A stretch of DNA of 64,000 nt from Eledone cirrhosa (Eukaryota), in contig OZ024751.1 in assembly GCA_964016885.1 (NCBI GenBank), forward strand, positions 7,192,001 to 7,256,000. The letters run 5' to 3'. The position numbers and the translations under genes are program-made. Shown here piece by piece: positions 27,757 to 42,855 of this stretch. Every line of letters starts with the position of its first letter. Position 1 is the first letter of the stretch. A model generated the notes under the pieces. That model worked only from the letters and a program-made list of their open reading frames with translations. It was not told the origin of the DNA and made no database searches.

Positions 27757-28740
27757 ATTATATACATATAATATACATATATATATAATATACATATATA
27801 TAATATACATATATATAATATACATATACATAATATACATATATTTAATATATATATAATATATAAATATATATAATATATATATATACATATATATATA
27901 CATGGCTGTTTGTGTATATATATCATATCTCTGTGTGTGATTGTGTATATATATCATATATTTATGTCTGTTTGTGTACATATATCATATATATATGTGT
28001 GTTTGTGTATATATATCATATATATATATGTCTGTTTGTGTATATATATCATATATATATATATATATGTCTTTGTATATAGATATCATATATATATATA
28101 TATATGTATGTTTGTGTATATATATAATATATATGGCTTATTGTGTATATATATCATATATATATATATATATATATATGATTGTTTGTGTATATATATC
28201 ATATATATACATGTCTGTTTGTGTATATATATCATATATATGTGTGTTTGTGTATATATATCATATATATATATCTGTTTGTGTATATATATCATATATA
28301 TATATATATATATGTCTGTGTATATATACCATATCTATATGTCTCTTGTGCATATGTGTCATATATATATATATATGTTTGTCTATATATATCATATATA
28401 TGTCTGTTTGTGTATATATATCTGTTTGTGTATATATATCATATATATGTCTGTTTGTTTATATAGATCATATATATATGTCTGTTTGTCTATATATATC
28501 ATTTCTATATATGTTTGTGTATATATATATCATATATATATATATATGTTTGTGTATATATATATATATATATATATGTCTGTTTGTGTATATATATCAT
28601 ATCTCTGTGTGTTTGTGTATATATACCATATCTATATGTGTATATATATCATGTCTATATATGTGTTTGTGTATATATATAAATAAGGTATATATGTGTA
28701 TATATAAAATGCATGTATATATATATATATATATATATGC
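27720..28740. repeat. TA-derived degenerate minisatellite (about 30-bp unit tgtctgtttgtgtatatatatcatatata)
   Basis: Unit repeated many times with variable TA length. Confidence 0.9.
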
Positions 28741-30009
28741 ATAATCATATGAACAAATTTACCGGAGAACTATGTCAATAAGCGATTACATCATACACGG
28801 TTTGGAAAGCGACCACTTCAAATAGAACGACTCTATTACATTAATAATAGAATTAACAACACATTGCGTGATTTATTTGTGGCACCAGCACACCAAACGG
28901 CAATGCATAATAGAATGAATTATGTGTGTTCAAATATGTACATATCTCTTAGAGTACAGAATGGTGTCGTAGATATAGCTGATTTACGACTTCACTGAAG
29001 TCTATATATATGAAAAATGGAATAACACCTACTTTGTTTTCAATATCTGGTTACATTTACATACATATGGAATCTAGCATTATTTTCGGTAGGATTCGCA
29101 ATTTTTCTACTAAATATTATTCATACGGCATTACTGCTACAGATTTAGTCTCCCAGAACTGTTTTACAATGCATACAGTGGAGACATGCAAGCACAGTGG
29201 AGACAAGGAAGCACATTGATATATATATATATATATGCGTGTGTGTGTATGAAGTTTTCTCGAAGATCGAGTTGGAGCGCAAGTGTATTAGAATTCATAG
29301 AATATTGAGAACTAAACGTAAGACAGCTGTTGACACGGCAAAATACCGTTAATAACAGCGTTGTGCAAGAGTTGTGTTTGTGTGTGGATAGTTTGCCGAA
29401 GATAGCGTAGGAATAGTGTCTTTAAAGAAATATACGTTCTACATTCTTTAGAGCAGAAGATCTCAAATTGAGCGCTACCACCACCCGGGGGAGGGGGGTG
29501 TTGAGGAGGTCCAGTGAGCGCGTGAGCCTATGGGACGGTGGGGGTTGTAGCGATGATTTAATTGTATATTAAATATCAAATGATATATCAATCTATCTAT
29601 GTATTACTAAACGTCTGTGGTTGCTTGTTTGCTTTTCTCTAATGTAATTCAGTCAAAAGGGCGCATGATGGGAAATAATTTGAAAGGAAGTTGCCCTTGA
29701 AATGGGAATACAGATGGAGTAAAACAAATTGCTCGTAAATCGGACAACGATTTCCCGAGATATGGGGAGTTTCCGGCTACCTTCATAAACAAAGAGAGAG
29801 AAAGACGTATTTGTTGTGACAGACATAGGGAGAGGAGACAGAGAAGGAAATGGAAGAGAGAGAGCCAGAGCTGCTGCTATAGTTGTGTATATATGTATAT
29901 GTGTGTGTATGTGTGTTTATGACCAGAGTACGTAGATCACAGCCACCCACATATATATGTATAAAAACACATATATATATATATACACGCGTATATATAT
30001 ATATATATC

Positions 30010-30145
30010 TAGGGCGGGTAAACTTCCCCAGATCCATGGACGAGTTCTCTCCAGCGGTCTCTGTCCCTAATTATCGCTGCCATGTCCTGCGTCTCCAACA
30101 GACCAGTGTCTGTCCTTATGGCATCAACATACGTTAAACTTGGTC
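30010..30145 (-). pseudogene. Extreme 3' fragment of an RTE-type LINE ORF
   Basis: Reverse complement translates RPSLTYVDAIRTDTG..MAAIIRDRDRWRELV..*. Confidence 0.65.
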
Positions 30146-30425
30146 TTCGGTAAACCCATACGTACATATATATATATATGTGTGCATGTATGTATATATA
30201 TACATACTACTGTACGTCTGTATACATATATGAATGTACGTATACATACTTATATTTAAGTAACTAAGAGTGAGAAATGAAATTTCGTTTCATTTTTTTC
30301 CATTTATCATTTTCGCTGCGCCCGGCCGATTAACACACTCGATACGAAAATTAGGCTGCTCAGCCGTTAATATGCATAAGGAAATGATTTACTTTCAGAC
30401 ATTCAATCATCTAGCAGGAAGGTAT

Positions 30426-30468
30426 ACGGTGCTGACGATAGCTAATAAGCTTGAAACTAGAACGTCGT
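30426..30468 (+). ncRNA. Hammerhead motif, unit 1 (U16.1 changed to A, probably inactive)
   Basis: acggtg-CTGACGA-t-agct(aata)agct-t-GAAA-ctag-AA-cgtcgt. Confidence 0.6.
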
Positions 30469-30853
30469 TCCTTTGTGAGTGCTGAAAAAAGGGGAAACGG
30501 TGGTTGCTAAACACTGTACAGCTTAAATCGGGATGTGTGTTTACAAACAAACCGAGCATTATAATAAATGTTCGGTAAATCCATGCCTACATATATATAT
30601 GTGTGCATGTCTGTATATATATACATACTACTGTACGTCTGCATACATATATGTATGTACGTATATATACTTATATTTAAGTAAGAGCTATACTATGAGT
30701 GAGCAATTATATTTTGTTTCTTTTTTTCCATTTATCATTTTCGGTGCGCCCGGCCGATTAACTCACTTGTTATGCAAATGAGGCTGCTCAGCCGTTAATA
30801 TACATACGGAAAGTATATACTTTCAGACGTTCAATAATCTGGCACGAAGGTAT

Positions 30854-30896
30854 ACGGTGCTGATGATAGCTAATAAGCGTGAAACTAGTACATCGT
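30854..30896 (+). ncRNA. Hammerhead motif, unit 2
   Basis: acggtg-CTGATGA-tagctaataagcgt-GAAA-ctag-TA-catcgt. Confidence 0.72.
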
Positions 30897-31292
30897 TCCT
30901 TTGTCAGTGTTGAACAAAAGGGGTACGATGGTTGCTAAACACTTGACGGCTTAATTCGGGATGTTTGTTTACAAACAAATCGAGCATTATAATAAATGTT
31001 CCCTAAATCCATACGTACATATATATATATATATATATATGTGTGCATGTATGTATATATATACATACTACTGTACGTATGTATACATATATGTATGTAC
31101 GCATACATACTTATATTTAAGTAAGAGACGTACTATAAGTGAGAAATGAAATTTCGTTTCATTTTTACCATTTATCGTATTCGGTGCGCCTGCCCGATTA
31201 ACTCACTCGATATGCAAATTAGGCTGCTCAGCCGTTAATATGCATAAGGAAAGTATATACTTTCAGACGTTCAATCATCTGGCAGAAGGTAT

Positions 31293-31335
31293 ACGATGCT
31301 GACGATAGCTAATAAGCTTGAAACTAGTACATCGT
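31293..31335 (+). ncRNA. Hammerhead motif, unit 3
   Basis: acgatg-CTGACGA-t-agct(aata)agct-t-GAAA-ctag-TA-catcgt; perfect 6-bp stem I, palindromic ACTAGT stem III, GUA site. Confidence 0.8.
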
Positions 31336-31596
31336 TCCTTTGTCAGTGTTGAACAAAAGGGCAACGATGGTTGCTAAACACTGTACAGCTTAATTCAGGA
31401 TCTTTGTTTACAAACAAACCGAGCATTATAATAAATGCTCGGTAAATCCATACGTACATATATATATGTGTGCATGTATGTATATACATACATACTACTG
31501 TTCGTCTGTATACATATATGTATGTACGTATACATACTTATATTTAAGTAACCGCCGTACTAAGAGTGAAAAATGAAATTTCGTTTCATTGTTTCC

Positions 31597-31691
<95 letters not shown>

Positions 31692-31756
31692 CATTTTCCA
31701 GTTTCATTTTACATTTTATATATGTCTGTGACCCAACGGGCCACGGGTGGTCTAGT

Positions 31757-31942
31757 ATTGAATTGGCAGTATCGGTAGAGGGTTGGACGCCATGCTTTCT
31801 AGCATAGTTACGTACATTTACAGTCTGAGTTCAAATCCCGCCGAGGTTAACTTTGCCTTTCATCCTTACGGGGTCGATAAAATAAAGTACCAGTAATGTA
31901 CTGGGTAATTGCTGGCCTTCTGCCTAAAGTAGAAACAATTAT
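31757..31942 (+). mobile_element. SINE family B
   Basis: ttggcagtatcggtagag...gagttcaaatcccgccgaggttaactttgcctttcatccttacggggtcgataaaataaagtaccagt...gtagaaacaatt. Confidence 0.88.
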
Positions 31943-33875
31943 ATATAAATGTAGTAAAATAAAACATATATAATATTTATTTATACATAGCATATTTTAT
32001 ATTAATATATATATATATATATTATTGATTTTAGTTATTACATACCATTTACAATTTTTGTGAGTCGTGTCCCTTTGGAAATAGTGTTGTTGGGCACTGA
32101 GCGTATACGTAGCCGTGACGGTTGGAGTGGCCTAACAGGTTTCAGAACCTATGGTTTAGTGTTAGGTTAAAGCTAAGCCAATTTCGAATTGTCTTGCACA
32201 ACCTCATCACAACCTTTCCTAGGTTGATTGGAATCAGACTGTATGGATGAGACGCGAACCTTGAACAGTGTCCTTTGCATAACAGACAATCCCACCAGTA
32301 ATGTGCATACCCTCATTTATGTACGGAAGCTTTGTTTGGAAAATGTGTTAACTGCTATTTAGACGCCACGGCCACCTTTGTACATACTACATCTATATTG
32401 AAGTTCAAAATAGTTCATACTGCATTATGCATAGCTAACGATGTTGAAGAAAATATAAACTGGAAAATAATATAACAAATGATAAAATGAATGTTCGATT
32501 AATCTTGAACATCGCTCAATGCTATTCTGAGGAGGATGTTCCACTGGCCTCTTTATTAGACTGGGAGATTACTATTTATATCAATAAATAGTACATTGTA
32601 ATGATATATTATATCTATTTACTTAATTCTAATCTATCCAGTTTGGATTAAACTTTGTTTGTTTCTACATTTATGACATACTTATTCTAGAATTTATACG
32701 CCAATCTTCCTGATTGTTGTAGAAGATAGAAATTGGAACTAACCATCTCTCATTTCGCAGATTAAAATATTTTCTTTTTTCAATTTACTTCTGAATACAT
32801 TACGTCCCTATATTTAACATCGGAATTGTCTGGGCTTCAATACCATTCATTATAGTATATATTCAACAAGGATTGAAAATGGGAATAAGAACAGCATCAA
32901 TACAAATAATGGCGTTAACATGATGACTATATTATAACAATATATTATCAGTTTATCACAGAAGAAAATACTTTAAAGCAATGATCTATTTTTTCTATGA
33001 TATTCTTGAAAATACAAACGAAAGAAATGTCTTGAAAATCAGACAAAGAAAATAAAAATAGCCACAAATTGAAAGTGTGTTGTTTTACAATCAACAACAT
33101 TCGTCATAGGATCTATATAAAGGCTCAATACTATTAAATATATATCAGAAATTATCTCAAACCTTCACTTATCATGCTGCAATTATTTCGAAATCACTAA
33201 ATGAATTATTGATGATACAGAATCATTACGTTTGTATATTTTATTTGCTGTTTTTGTATACGTTCAGGGGGAATTTTTTTGTTTCCTTGTTTTGTTTTTG
33301 TATCTGTATTTCAACTGGTTAACATTTATAAATAAAGAAGATAGCCAAACGACTATTCTTTCACAATCATACCAGATTCTACAAAAGATAAAGCAAAAAA
33401 GACAAAAAAGTACAAACAACATTTATAGTATTCTGTTTACATGTTTCAGCGTATTTCGTACAAGTTTTCACTACTTTACAAATCAAAAAACCAAAATATA
33501 TAAATGAGAAAACGAAGAAAATTCGATAATTATTGATATAAGTTTTTTTTTGTTGTTTTTTTTACTCATATTTGTTCCACTGTCTATTTTTCACGGCACT
33601 TTTTTGTTGCAAAGGGACACTTAGTATTGATTTCCATTGTTGTGGAGATTTAATTATTCGAACAATACATTATTTTCGAATTTTTGAAAAAGTGAGAAAT
33701 ACATTGTAAACAGACAATAGTGCATTTGACATTTCTTTTTGTGAGCCTAGAGTAATGTCCCCTTTATTATTCAGAGGGTAATTCGTAGCTCCTATAAATA
33801 ATGTACACCACACACATACACATGTATACGCGTATACACATATACACAGACAAACTCACATACACACACACATAT

Positions 33876-33922
<47 letters not shown>

Positions 33923-35329
33923 ACACTGATGTCTTTATGATGCTTTATTGGAAAGCATCTTTTTATAACAATCTAGCAGATCAAGTGTTAAATGTGCTTC
34001 AAGGTGTTTGAATAAATATTATAAGGCCTCTGGTTCAACGAAAGACTATTTTGTCTCCTGAATGGAAACTATTATTGTGGCTAAAAGCAACAACAATAAG
34101 ACCAGTAATTATAACATATAACTGCATATCTGCATATCAGTTTCACTCACAATCATATGCACATTAGTTAGTGAAGTACATACATTATATATATTCACAT
34201 GTGTGTTGTGTGTGTTGATTCCGAGTTGAGTGTGGCAACACTAAATAAGATGCTCTTTGCCTGTGTAGTGACGACTGTCTACATGTGTAGTGACGGCCCA
34301 CTAATTTCACAGGCAATATCCTAATTCCATAATTATGGAACGAATTGCAAACATTGGCCTTACAAGTTTTCATTTCAACAACGTAAGCAAACTTAACGCC
34401 GTGATTTTCTTTGGGCTTATCTACAAACTTGTGACAATTAGGTGTTAGATTTAAAACCAAAATCTTTCAGAATCAGTACACATGTTGAATGTTTGACGGA
34501 ATTTCCCAAATAACACATTTCCTCATCGCCACGAATATTACTTTAACTCTAGATCTGCAGTTTTCATAATTCGTACATTTTTCATATATTTATAATAACC
34601 TGATAAGACCAACATTTATCAGGCTTAACAAATATTATTAGAATCTAGCTTCGAACATAGCTGTATACACATTTGTATTTGAATTTCCTATTTCTAAAGA
34701 AATGCAGTATGTTTATAAAGAAACACTTAGAAAGAAATAGCTATGAAAACCACTGCCAACTAGCGCTACCCAGCGGTGTCCAGCAGAAGCAAGGGGGACA
34801 ATCGTTGATGTATTTCGAACTCAAATGGTTCTCGTCGCGACGATTGCTCCCGCTCTTGCCACTGTTGGACTTTGAAAACAGGCGAAAATATATAGTTTTC
34901 CGTCTATGTAAATTAGGTGATAATCTCATTTTCATATGAAGCTGCATAAGGTGGCTCAACTTATAATAGAATATTATGTATTATATTTTCCAAAAGGAGA
35001 TTCTTATATTCGTATCTACACACACATACACATACATATTCACACAATTATACACACACATACACATACTAACACAAATATACACATACACACAGACACA
35101 CACACATACACACATACACAAACAGAATGAGGTGTACGTAGAAAAGTATTTTACAGTACCAGATCTATTTTATTATATATAAAATACTTGTAAAGGACAC
35201 GAACTATATCATTCGTAATTTCATACGAATGAAATAGTTCTCCTCCTGCAAAATACTTTTCTATATACACTTCACTCTCTGTATGTGTGTGTAAATATAT
35301 GTGTGTATGATACACAATCACAAAACAAG

Positions 35330-37870
35330 CCACTACACTAGCCTCCACATTTCTACTCAATGAACATAGGTCCCTCTTCTCTGTCATGTGTAGATGGGCC
35401 CTGCCATTGTGACCAGTCCAGTCTTTGGCATTGTCGGACCACGATTTCCTTTGTCTCCCTCTTCGTCGCCTACATCTGACAGTGCCTTCATAGGTCATTT
35501 TAGACAAGGAATTGTGTCGGGATGCATGACATACCAGTCAAGCCTCCGCCTTTTCACCATTGCAAAGAATGTTTCCTGTCTGCCAGCATATTTGTTAACT
35601 TGATGTCTAAAAAAGCTGTTTGTTTTGTGCAAGGTGTATGGGATGTGAAGAAACCTTCTGAAGCTCATGCTCCAGTGATTGAATCTTTCGTCTCAAGGCA
35701 GCTGTGAGACTTTCTCACATCTAAGCAAAATGATGGAATTCAGCAAGGATTTGTATAGTTTGAGCTTCGTTGAACAACTGATGGAGTTGATTTTTATATG
35801 ACATCCAGCTATACCATTGCAGAAGTATCCCGCGTGTCCTGTCAGTATCTTCTTTTGAGATCTCTCTTTTTTCATCAGAGTGGATGCCAGGTTCAGCATG
35901 ATGTTGATTGCTATATTCTGATTATATGCTATTTCTTGTTCTCTCCTAAGCTGATCTCTATTCTCTATGCTCCTGATAATTCTTCTAGTGTTGTAGTGAG
36001 CTCCTGGAGGTCTGCTTCACTGATTTTTAACAGGTCAATGTTATAAGCAAATCACAGGTTGGAAATGGCCCATCCTCCAATGAAAACAGCTATGAAGTAT
36101 TTGAGTGTTTCTTGCATGATGTTTAAGATAATGGACAATGGATACATCATTTTCGAACTCCCACTCTTGTCTTCAATATTTCTGATGTTGTTTAGAAGAA
36201 TTGCAAAGGGTGAGTTGTCATAAAGAGTTTTAATTATTCATGCCAAAAGTTGTCATAAAGAGTTTTAATTATTCATGCCAAAATCATCATGCCAAACACT
36301 GTTAAAGCCCTTTGAAATGGATGACGTTATGATAGAGGTGAGACTGATGTTCCATGTGTTTCTCAGTGAGCAGTCGGATGTTAAACATCTAATCTGTTTG
36401 CTTCTTTTTGGAGTTAATCCTGCCTGGTATTCTGCCAGTATTTCTTCTGCCTTTTCCTTAAGCCTGTTTAGAATAACTCCCAGCTGTACTTTGCTGGGTT
36501 GGCTAATTAGACTGATTATTCTGTATTTCTGGGGTAATTTTCCATGATTGTGATGTCATGTCTGAGCGTTTGGTTTGAAAGGTATTCTCAATATCCAGAT
36601 AACCCTTTGATTACATGGGTCTCGACAAGAAACCCAGTTTTGTCCTGAATGGCAGTGGCAGAGTGTTGCATTATTTTATTGGCATTTTGAGGATTTCCAG
36701 TTTTGATAGTTATGCACTACTTCTGCTTAACTTCATTTATGTTCTTCCTGTCCAGTCAATTCACAGCGGTGTTTTGTTGTCTTGTATCCCGAAAAGTTAG
36801 TTTGGTCTACCTCAAGTCAAGTATTAAATTACATAGATCCACGTCCACGAAGCCATGAGTAACCCATGGTTCATCACCCTCGCCAGAATTTCCAAAGATA
36901 TTACATGAAGTACTTCCTAGATGTAGTCGTTAAGTCGTTTACATCTTCTAGAATGTTGAGGGCTGCAAACATGCCACATACATTCTTATCAAACGTTGCT
37001 GCAACCCTGTAATCTCGTAGCCGCACGTTGAAATCTGATGTAGAGAAACTAACATTTTATGGATCTTTTACAATTTAAGCTTTAATGTCATCAGTACCAA
37101 ATGATGATCACTGTTGACATTTTCATCAGGTAATGTCTTACTCCTCGCTTTATTGTTACTGAACCTGAACTTTTGAGGTGCAAAGACGATATCCACCTGT
37201 TCATGCGCCCTGTCATTGGGTGCAGGCCGTTTTGTGCTCTATGAGGTATTGTGACGGTATGTTAGCTAGAGTGAGCTTGTGGGTGCTAGCAAATTCTAGG
37301 AGGCATAGAGTAGGATCAACGTTTTATCCAATTCAAAATCGTCCCATGTACCAGCCCATTGTTCATATGCCTCTGGGCCCTTATTGGCATTCCATTTCTC
37401 CTAAGACGATGGGAATTTATTTTTTAGGAACCATCCTGATGATTTTCACCAGATTCTTATAGATCTCATCAACAGCATCATCGTCATAATCGAATAGTCG
37501 TGCATAGACATGTACGCTAGTAATATTTGGTGTTCTTGCAGACATACACATGGTGATACTGGTGTACAGCTGATGACTGAGCTCACATTGGATTAGTTAA
37601 CGACGAAACCCACTCCATGTTCGTGCTTAATGTCATTACCGCTGTACCACAGATGTTGGCCTTCATCTGTAGTTAGTTGCCCCACCAAATCCAGTCCAGG
37701 TGACGTCAAGCAGCCCTACGGTATCCTATATGTATCTGGCGAGTTCATGTGTAAGTCCTTTCGTCCTTCCACAAGCACATACAACCTTGCAAATGACAGT
37801 ATTTCTTTTAGGGAGGTTGATTGTTTTCGATGTAGGTGTCATTGTCATTGTTGTCAAAGTTGCACATTGA
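35330..37870 (-). pseudogene. Highly degenerate RTE (BovB-like) LINE: APE and RT remnants
   Basis: EGTVRCRRRRGRQRKSWSDNAKDW, STKLKLYKSLLNSIILL.CE, AGLTPKRS, HGVGFVV-like segments in several frames. Confidence 0.75.
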
Positions 37871-37874
37871 CCAC

Positions 37875-38080
37875 CTCTAACTTGGTACATAACCATGAAG
37901 CGTAAGTTCGCTAGTTTTCCGGACCTCAACCTATTTTGCATGCTGTTCGATTTGTTTTTTAATCGTGGCATTTTAGGGGGCATACAATTTGTCACCGAAA
38001 AATGCACACACACTTTGATTACCTGTAGAGGCAATATTTATTATAATGCACAATCGTTAACACATTTTTGGGACACCCTG

Positions 38081-38082
<2 letters not shown>
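37875..38082. mobile_element. Tc1/mariner-type MITE end (one TIR)
   Basis: tttttgggacaccctg|ta, the reverse complement of a TA-CAGGGTGTCCC TIR; partner TIR not found. Confidence 0.5.
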
Positions 38083-38128
<46 letters not shown>

Positions 38129-40039
38129 GTCTTAGTAATATAATTGTGCAACAGGGGGACAAATTATAATCTATATATAATTTATGAGATATATGTGCAG
38201 CGGGTGTATTTCTTAAATGTTCTTCGTATGCCTCTGTAGTATAAAACACTTTTGAATGATTCGCTCTCATATTACGCATATCGTACGTGTATAAAGCTGA
38301 CGATATATCTCGTGACATATGAGAATAAACTGTTAAATAGATAAGAATAAAAGATGTAAACATAACAAACAACTTGGCTATGATATATGTGTTAGGTAAA
38401 CGGAATACTCTATTTGAACCTCATATCCCTAGCTATTGCAAACGTATTTTAAATCAATTTCCGACGCACCTCGCACCATATACCTTCCATCTTGTCAACA
38501 TACTCCCATTTCAAGGAACAAAATGAAATGCTTTCACATGATTCAAAGACCACAGCGGAAACAATGCTATCATGAGAGATATTTATATTTCACAGAATTC
38601 AATAATAATGCAAACTCCAAAACGAATACCGGAGTACATAGAATGAAGCAAATAAAGTAGAACCTTTCAGAAATCTAAAAGTGTGTAACAAAAATACACT
38701 TAAAATTACACGAGCAAAATTTCCGAGAGAACATAACATGCGGACAATTTCTAACACAAACTACAACAATACACGAGAGAGAAACAATAAACATTCTAGC
38801 AGTTCGCTCCATCTGATAGGAATAAACATCTAATCCTAATAGTACAGTGTAGGTTTAAACATGCAAGGATACATTATATAACACAGTCCTACAATACACT
38901 ATTCTTTGAAAATAAAGTGATAGTATATTGAAAGCTAGAATTCTTTGCAATCCGAGAGTAAAGTGATCTGTTACTAAAATGGTTTCCTTATTTAAATAAT
39001 GTCACATCTTCATGTGGTTGCAATTCTCCTTCTTCCTAATCTTCTTTATTTTAAGAGAATCAATCAGGAAAAAAATGGCATTTCTTAATGCCGTTTATAT
39101 GTTAACAACATGCATCCATAATCTAAATAATATTATACTCTAACGTAAATACTTGGTCAGTTCAGTAATATGAACTTCTTGCTTTTAAAATGCAATAAGC
39201 AGAAAGGCTCTGACAAAATACGGTAAAGTTTTAATGTGTATTGTAAAAACTACAAAGCACGGTTACATAGCTAATCGTATAATAGTTATCTATGCGTTTA
39301 AATAAGTAGATTATCATATTTATTTTTATATTCCTTGAACCTTACATTTGTTATCTCAGGAGAGTCACTGTAACTCGCTCAAACGAATAGCAGAAACGGA
39401 ACATAAATGAAACGCGCATGATATTTAATTACTGTGAATGCTTTTCTTTCGATATAATCTAATAGTAAAAGACGTATGCCTGTAATTCATTATTTATCAA
39501 ATATTGTTAAGCACAGTCTTATCTCTCGATAGAACTCTTCTACCTCTAAGCTCACAGAATTAGCCTTCCTTCTCACACTTTCATATTTAAAGCCTTAAAG
39601 TTTTATAAAATCACTTCGATATCATACATAGGTACGCCATTTGTTTCATATATCTTCTGTGTTATGAATTTATATTATTTATATTCTATCAACATGAATA
39701 TAAAAGCGCTATTATTCAATACATATATTTGCATACTAATTCAACGAATATCACACCGTAATGAGGGTGAGGAAAAATATATATAACTGTGATTACTTGA
39801 ATATTCATTGCTTTTTTAATCTGTAGTAGGAGGTTAATGACCTGCCTGAATATTATATCTATCTATGTATGTATCCCGTAACTCCTGATAGATTTGTAGG
39901 GGCGCCGTATTTTTATACGTCGTTTCTTGGGCATTTTAAGCCTGCCGAAGCCCATCCCTCTCCAGGCCTGAGTATAGTAGATTTTTCAAGAGAAAGATAG
40001 AACATACGGGAGAAGAAATGAGAAAGAGATATAGACGAA

Positions 40040-40197
40040 CACTCAATCCAAGTATTAGAGTGGTACACTTTTATTGACCTCGAAGGGATGAATGGTAAAG
40101 TTGACCTCGGTGGGATTTGAACTCGGAGAGCAGAGAGCCGAAACAAACACCATAAAGCATTCTAAGAACGTTCTAATGATTCTGCCAATTCGCCGCC
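40040..40197 (-). mobile_element. SINE family B, diverged
   Basis: ttttattgacctcgaagggatgaatggtaaagttgacctcggtgggatttgaactc...ctgccaattcgccgcc. Confidence 0.75.
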
Positions 40198-41667
40198 TCT
40201 GTGGATATTACAATATTTTAAGAGACGTAAGCGGCATTTAGTTATATCACAATAGGGAATGGTAGTGCACGCAGACTATCGTTAAAATATATTTGAAATT
40301 TGATGAATTCGATTTGAGATTAGAGAAATATTATTGCGCAACATTTAGTCTACGCCTTTAATAATACATTTTATGCACCACTCATACAAATTCAACGATA
40401 TTTATAGACAGACAGATGCTGTTAGATTCATTTTGGTATATAAACTGAACATACCATATATGAAGATCCACACGCAATATTGTGTGTATGTATTCAGTGT
40501 GTGTAGGCGTGTACATTGTTTAACATATTCTCGTCGGTTATTCACTTAACGTGTGCTATGAATTTCTTTTCATTCTTAAACTACCTTCCTTTCGACGTTG
40601 TTTTAGGAAATAGATTTCCGATTAAATTCTTACAATGGTAGTGCATTTCATACGAACACATTCGCACAAACACAGCAATACATGCACATAGACACACACA
40701 TATATATATATATATATATACGTATATATGTATGTTTATAATTATTTATGTATGGATGTGTGTGTATGTATATATGTATATATGAATGTTTTTTTGTTTG
40801 CATTTTTATTGTCATATGTGAATTATATATCCTGCATGTGTATATATGCAGGCTCTTTTATTAAAGTGATTTATATATTATACAAATGCATATTGTGATT
40901 CGTTGCGAAATGCTATCAGTATGCAAAGAAATATGTTCGTAAATAAGATTTCTTAAATTTAAATGAAAGAAAGAATATAATTAACTACATACGCATGGGG
41001 AAATTTGAAAACTACACTCTCCATATTGGAAACAAAACCAATAAATTGATTCCCGAATAAGAGACTTAAATGTTGAAATAATGTTAAAAATCAACATAAA
41101 AAATGAAGATAAAATGAGTTAACTACAAAGAAAACAATAAATGTTATTATATTATATATTTATTTTCATCTATTTCTCTGTTTTATTTCTAAACTGTAAG
41201 AGATAATCTCCAGAATTTTTTTTATTATTAACCTTTTATTCTACTCTGTAATTCGAAAAGGTCAAAAAGAAAATTTGCGATTTCCTTTTTATTTATGGGA
41301 ACATTAATTTCGATATTCTTGGTTTTCGTGAAACGAATGAGTAGAAAAAGCAGTTGATTTTATCGTGATGTCAAGTTCAAAATAAAATTACAGACATGCC
41401 TTATGATGTCAGAAATTATTTTTTCCAATATTCCTTACTGATTCTTTGCATAAAGTAATATATTAATATATGAAATACGAGATGTAAGATAACATTATCT
41501 CATGCTCTTGCAACACACTAAACAATAATGCGTAAACACATACATATATAACGATATCTAATGATAATTTCATAACAAATCCATAGATATAATGTATTTA
41601 GATATATATGTTTGTGTGTGTATATGGATATATATGTTTGTGTGTATTTATATATATGTGTGTGTGC

Positions 41668-41709
<42 letters not shown>

Positions 41710-41714
41710 GCGTG

Positions 41715-41754
<40 letters not shown>

Positions 41755-41802
41755 TGTGTGTGTGTATATATATATATACATATATATGTGTGTGTGTGTG
41801 TG

Positions 41803-41835
<33 letters not shown>

Positions 41836-41967
41836 GTTTGTGTGTGTATATGTATATATATGTTTGTGTGTGTATATCTATATATATGTTTGTGTGCGTG
41901 TATATATATATAAATGCGTAGGTATATGTATGTACGTATATATTTATATATATATATATGTACGTAC

Positions 41968-42037
<70 letters not shown>

Positions 42038-42151
42038 ATATATATATACATATATGCACACACACAAATACATAACATATATGCATTTAAGTTTATGAGT
42101 GGGTATTCCGGTGTGTGCGTAGATTTAAGAATATATACTATTATTAATAAA

Positions 42152-42345
42152 GGGCGGTGGATTGGAACTAACGGTAGAGGATCGGACGCCATGCTTTGCA
42201 GCACAGTTACGTCCCTTTTTGGACTGAATTCAAATCCCGCCGAAGTTAACTTTGCCTTTCATCCTTACGGAGTCGATAAAATAAAGTACCAGTAATACAC
42301 TGGGATAATTGCTCACCTTCTGCCAAAAAGTAGAAACAATTATTA
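42152..42345 (+). mobile_element. SINE family B
   Basis: Same body as 31757-31942. Confidence 0.85.
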
Positions 42346-42781
42346 ATACTATGTAAATTCTTAGGGATTATTTTATGCAGGTTTACTGCTAAACACTCTC
42401 ATTACAGACGTGGAATATATATGATTATGCCTCTTGTTGATCTCTCACAGAACTGTCAACCGTACTGAATAAACCACAGACGCCTCTCCGTTATTTAATC
42501 TCTACATATTTTTAAACCTATTCGCTCAGAAAAAAGTGCTCGTTCCATGCAAGTTCACAAGTTCAAATTGAATTAACATCAACGCTATACATTAATTCCT
42601 TGTATATCTTTGAAATAAACGAATATTTCCCAGAAAATTAATTTGACCTGTTGTAGTATAGGCATATGAGGCACGATGTTGGCAGAGTTTATATGTGAGA
42701 TGTGACATTTACATACTTACTGCTCCTTCAGATAACACAAATATAGTCTGTTCTGAACACACGCAATCACTTACAAAGAAC

Positions 42782-42855
<74 letters not shown>

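Larger units (their letters stand above)
30146..31597 (+). repeat. Tandem array of three full 425-439-bp units plus a partial fourth, one hammerhead per unit (non-LTR retrozyme-like)
   Basis: Unit starts at 30146, 30571, 30999 and 31438. Confidence 0.92.

Noticed and set aside
27624-28744. Long ORFs (up to 267 aa) rich in Y/I/C/V; similar ORFs at 41518-42295 and 45933-46314
   Set aside because: Translations of (TA)n/(TG)n microsatellites; not genes.
29453-29560. Possible hAT MITE end with a GC-rich hairpin
   Set aside because: Only a degenerate single TIR-like start; no partner TIR or TSD found.
30146-31597. CRISPR-like or coding tandem array
   Set aside because: Units are over 400 bp and nearly identical throughout, with no unique spacers, no cas genes and no consistent ORF; the context is eukaryotic.
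32050-32320. GC-richer unique islands as host exons (also 50660-50850 and 52025-52170)
   Set aside because: No recognisable protein similarity or convincing splice-bounded frame; would need RNA-seq.
34755-34800. CTCF-like motifs (also about 21448-21463)
   Set aside because: Short, imperfect matches expected by chance in 64 kb; no supporting context.
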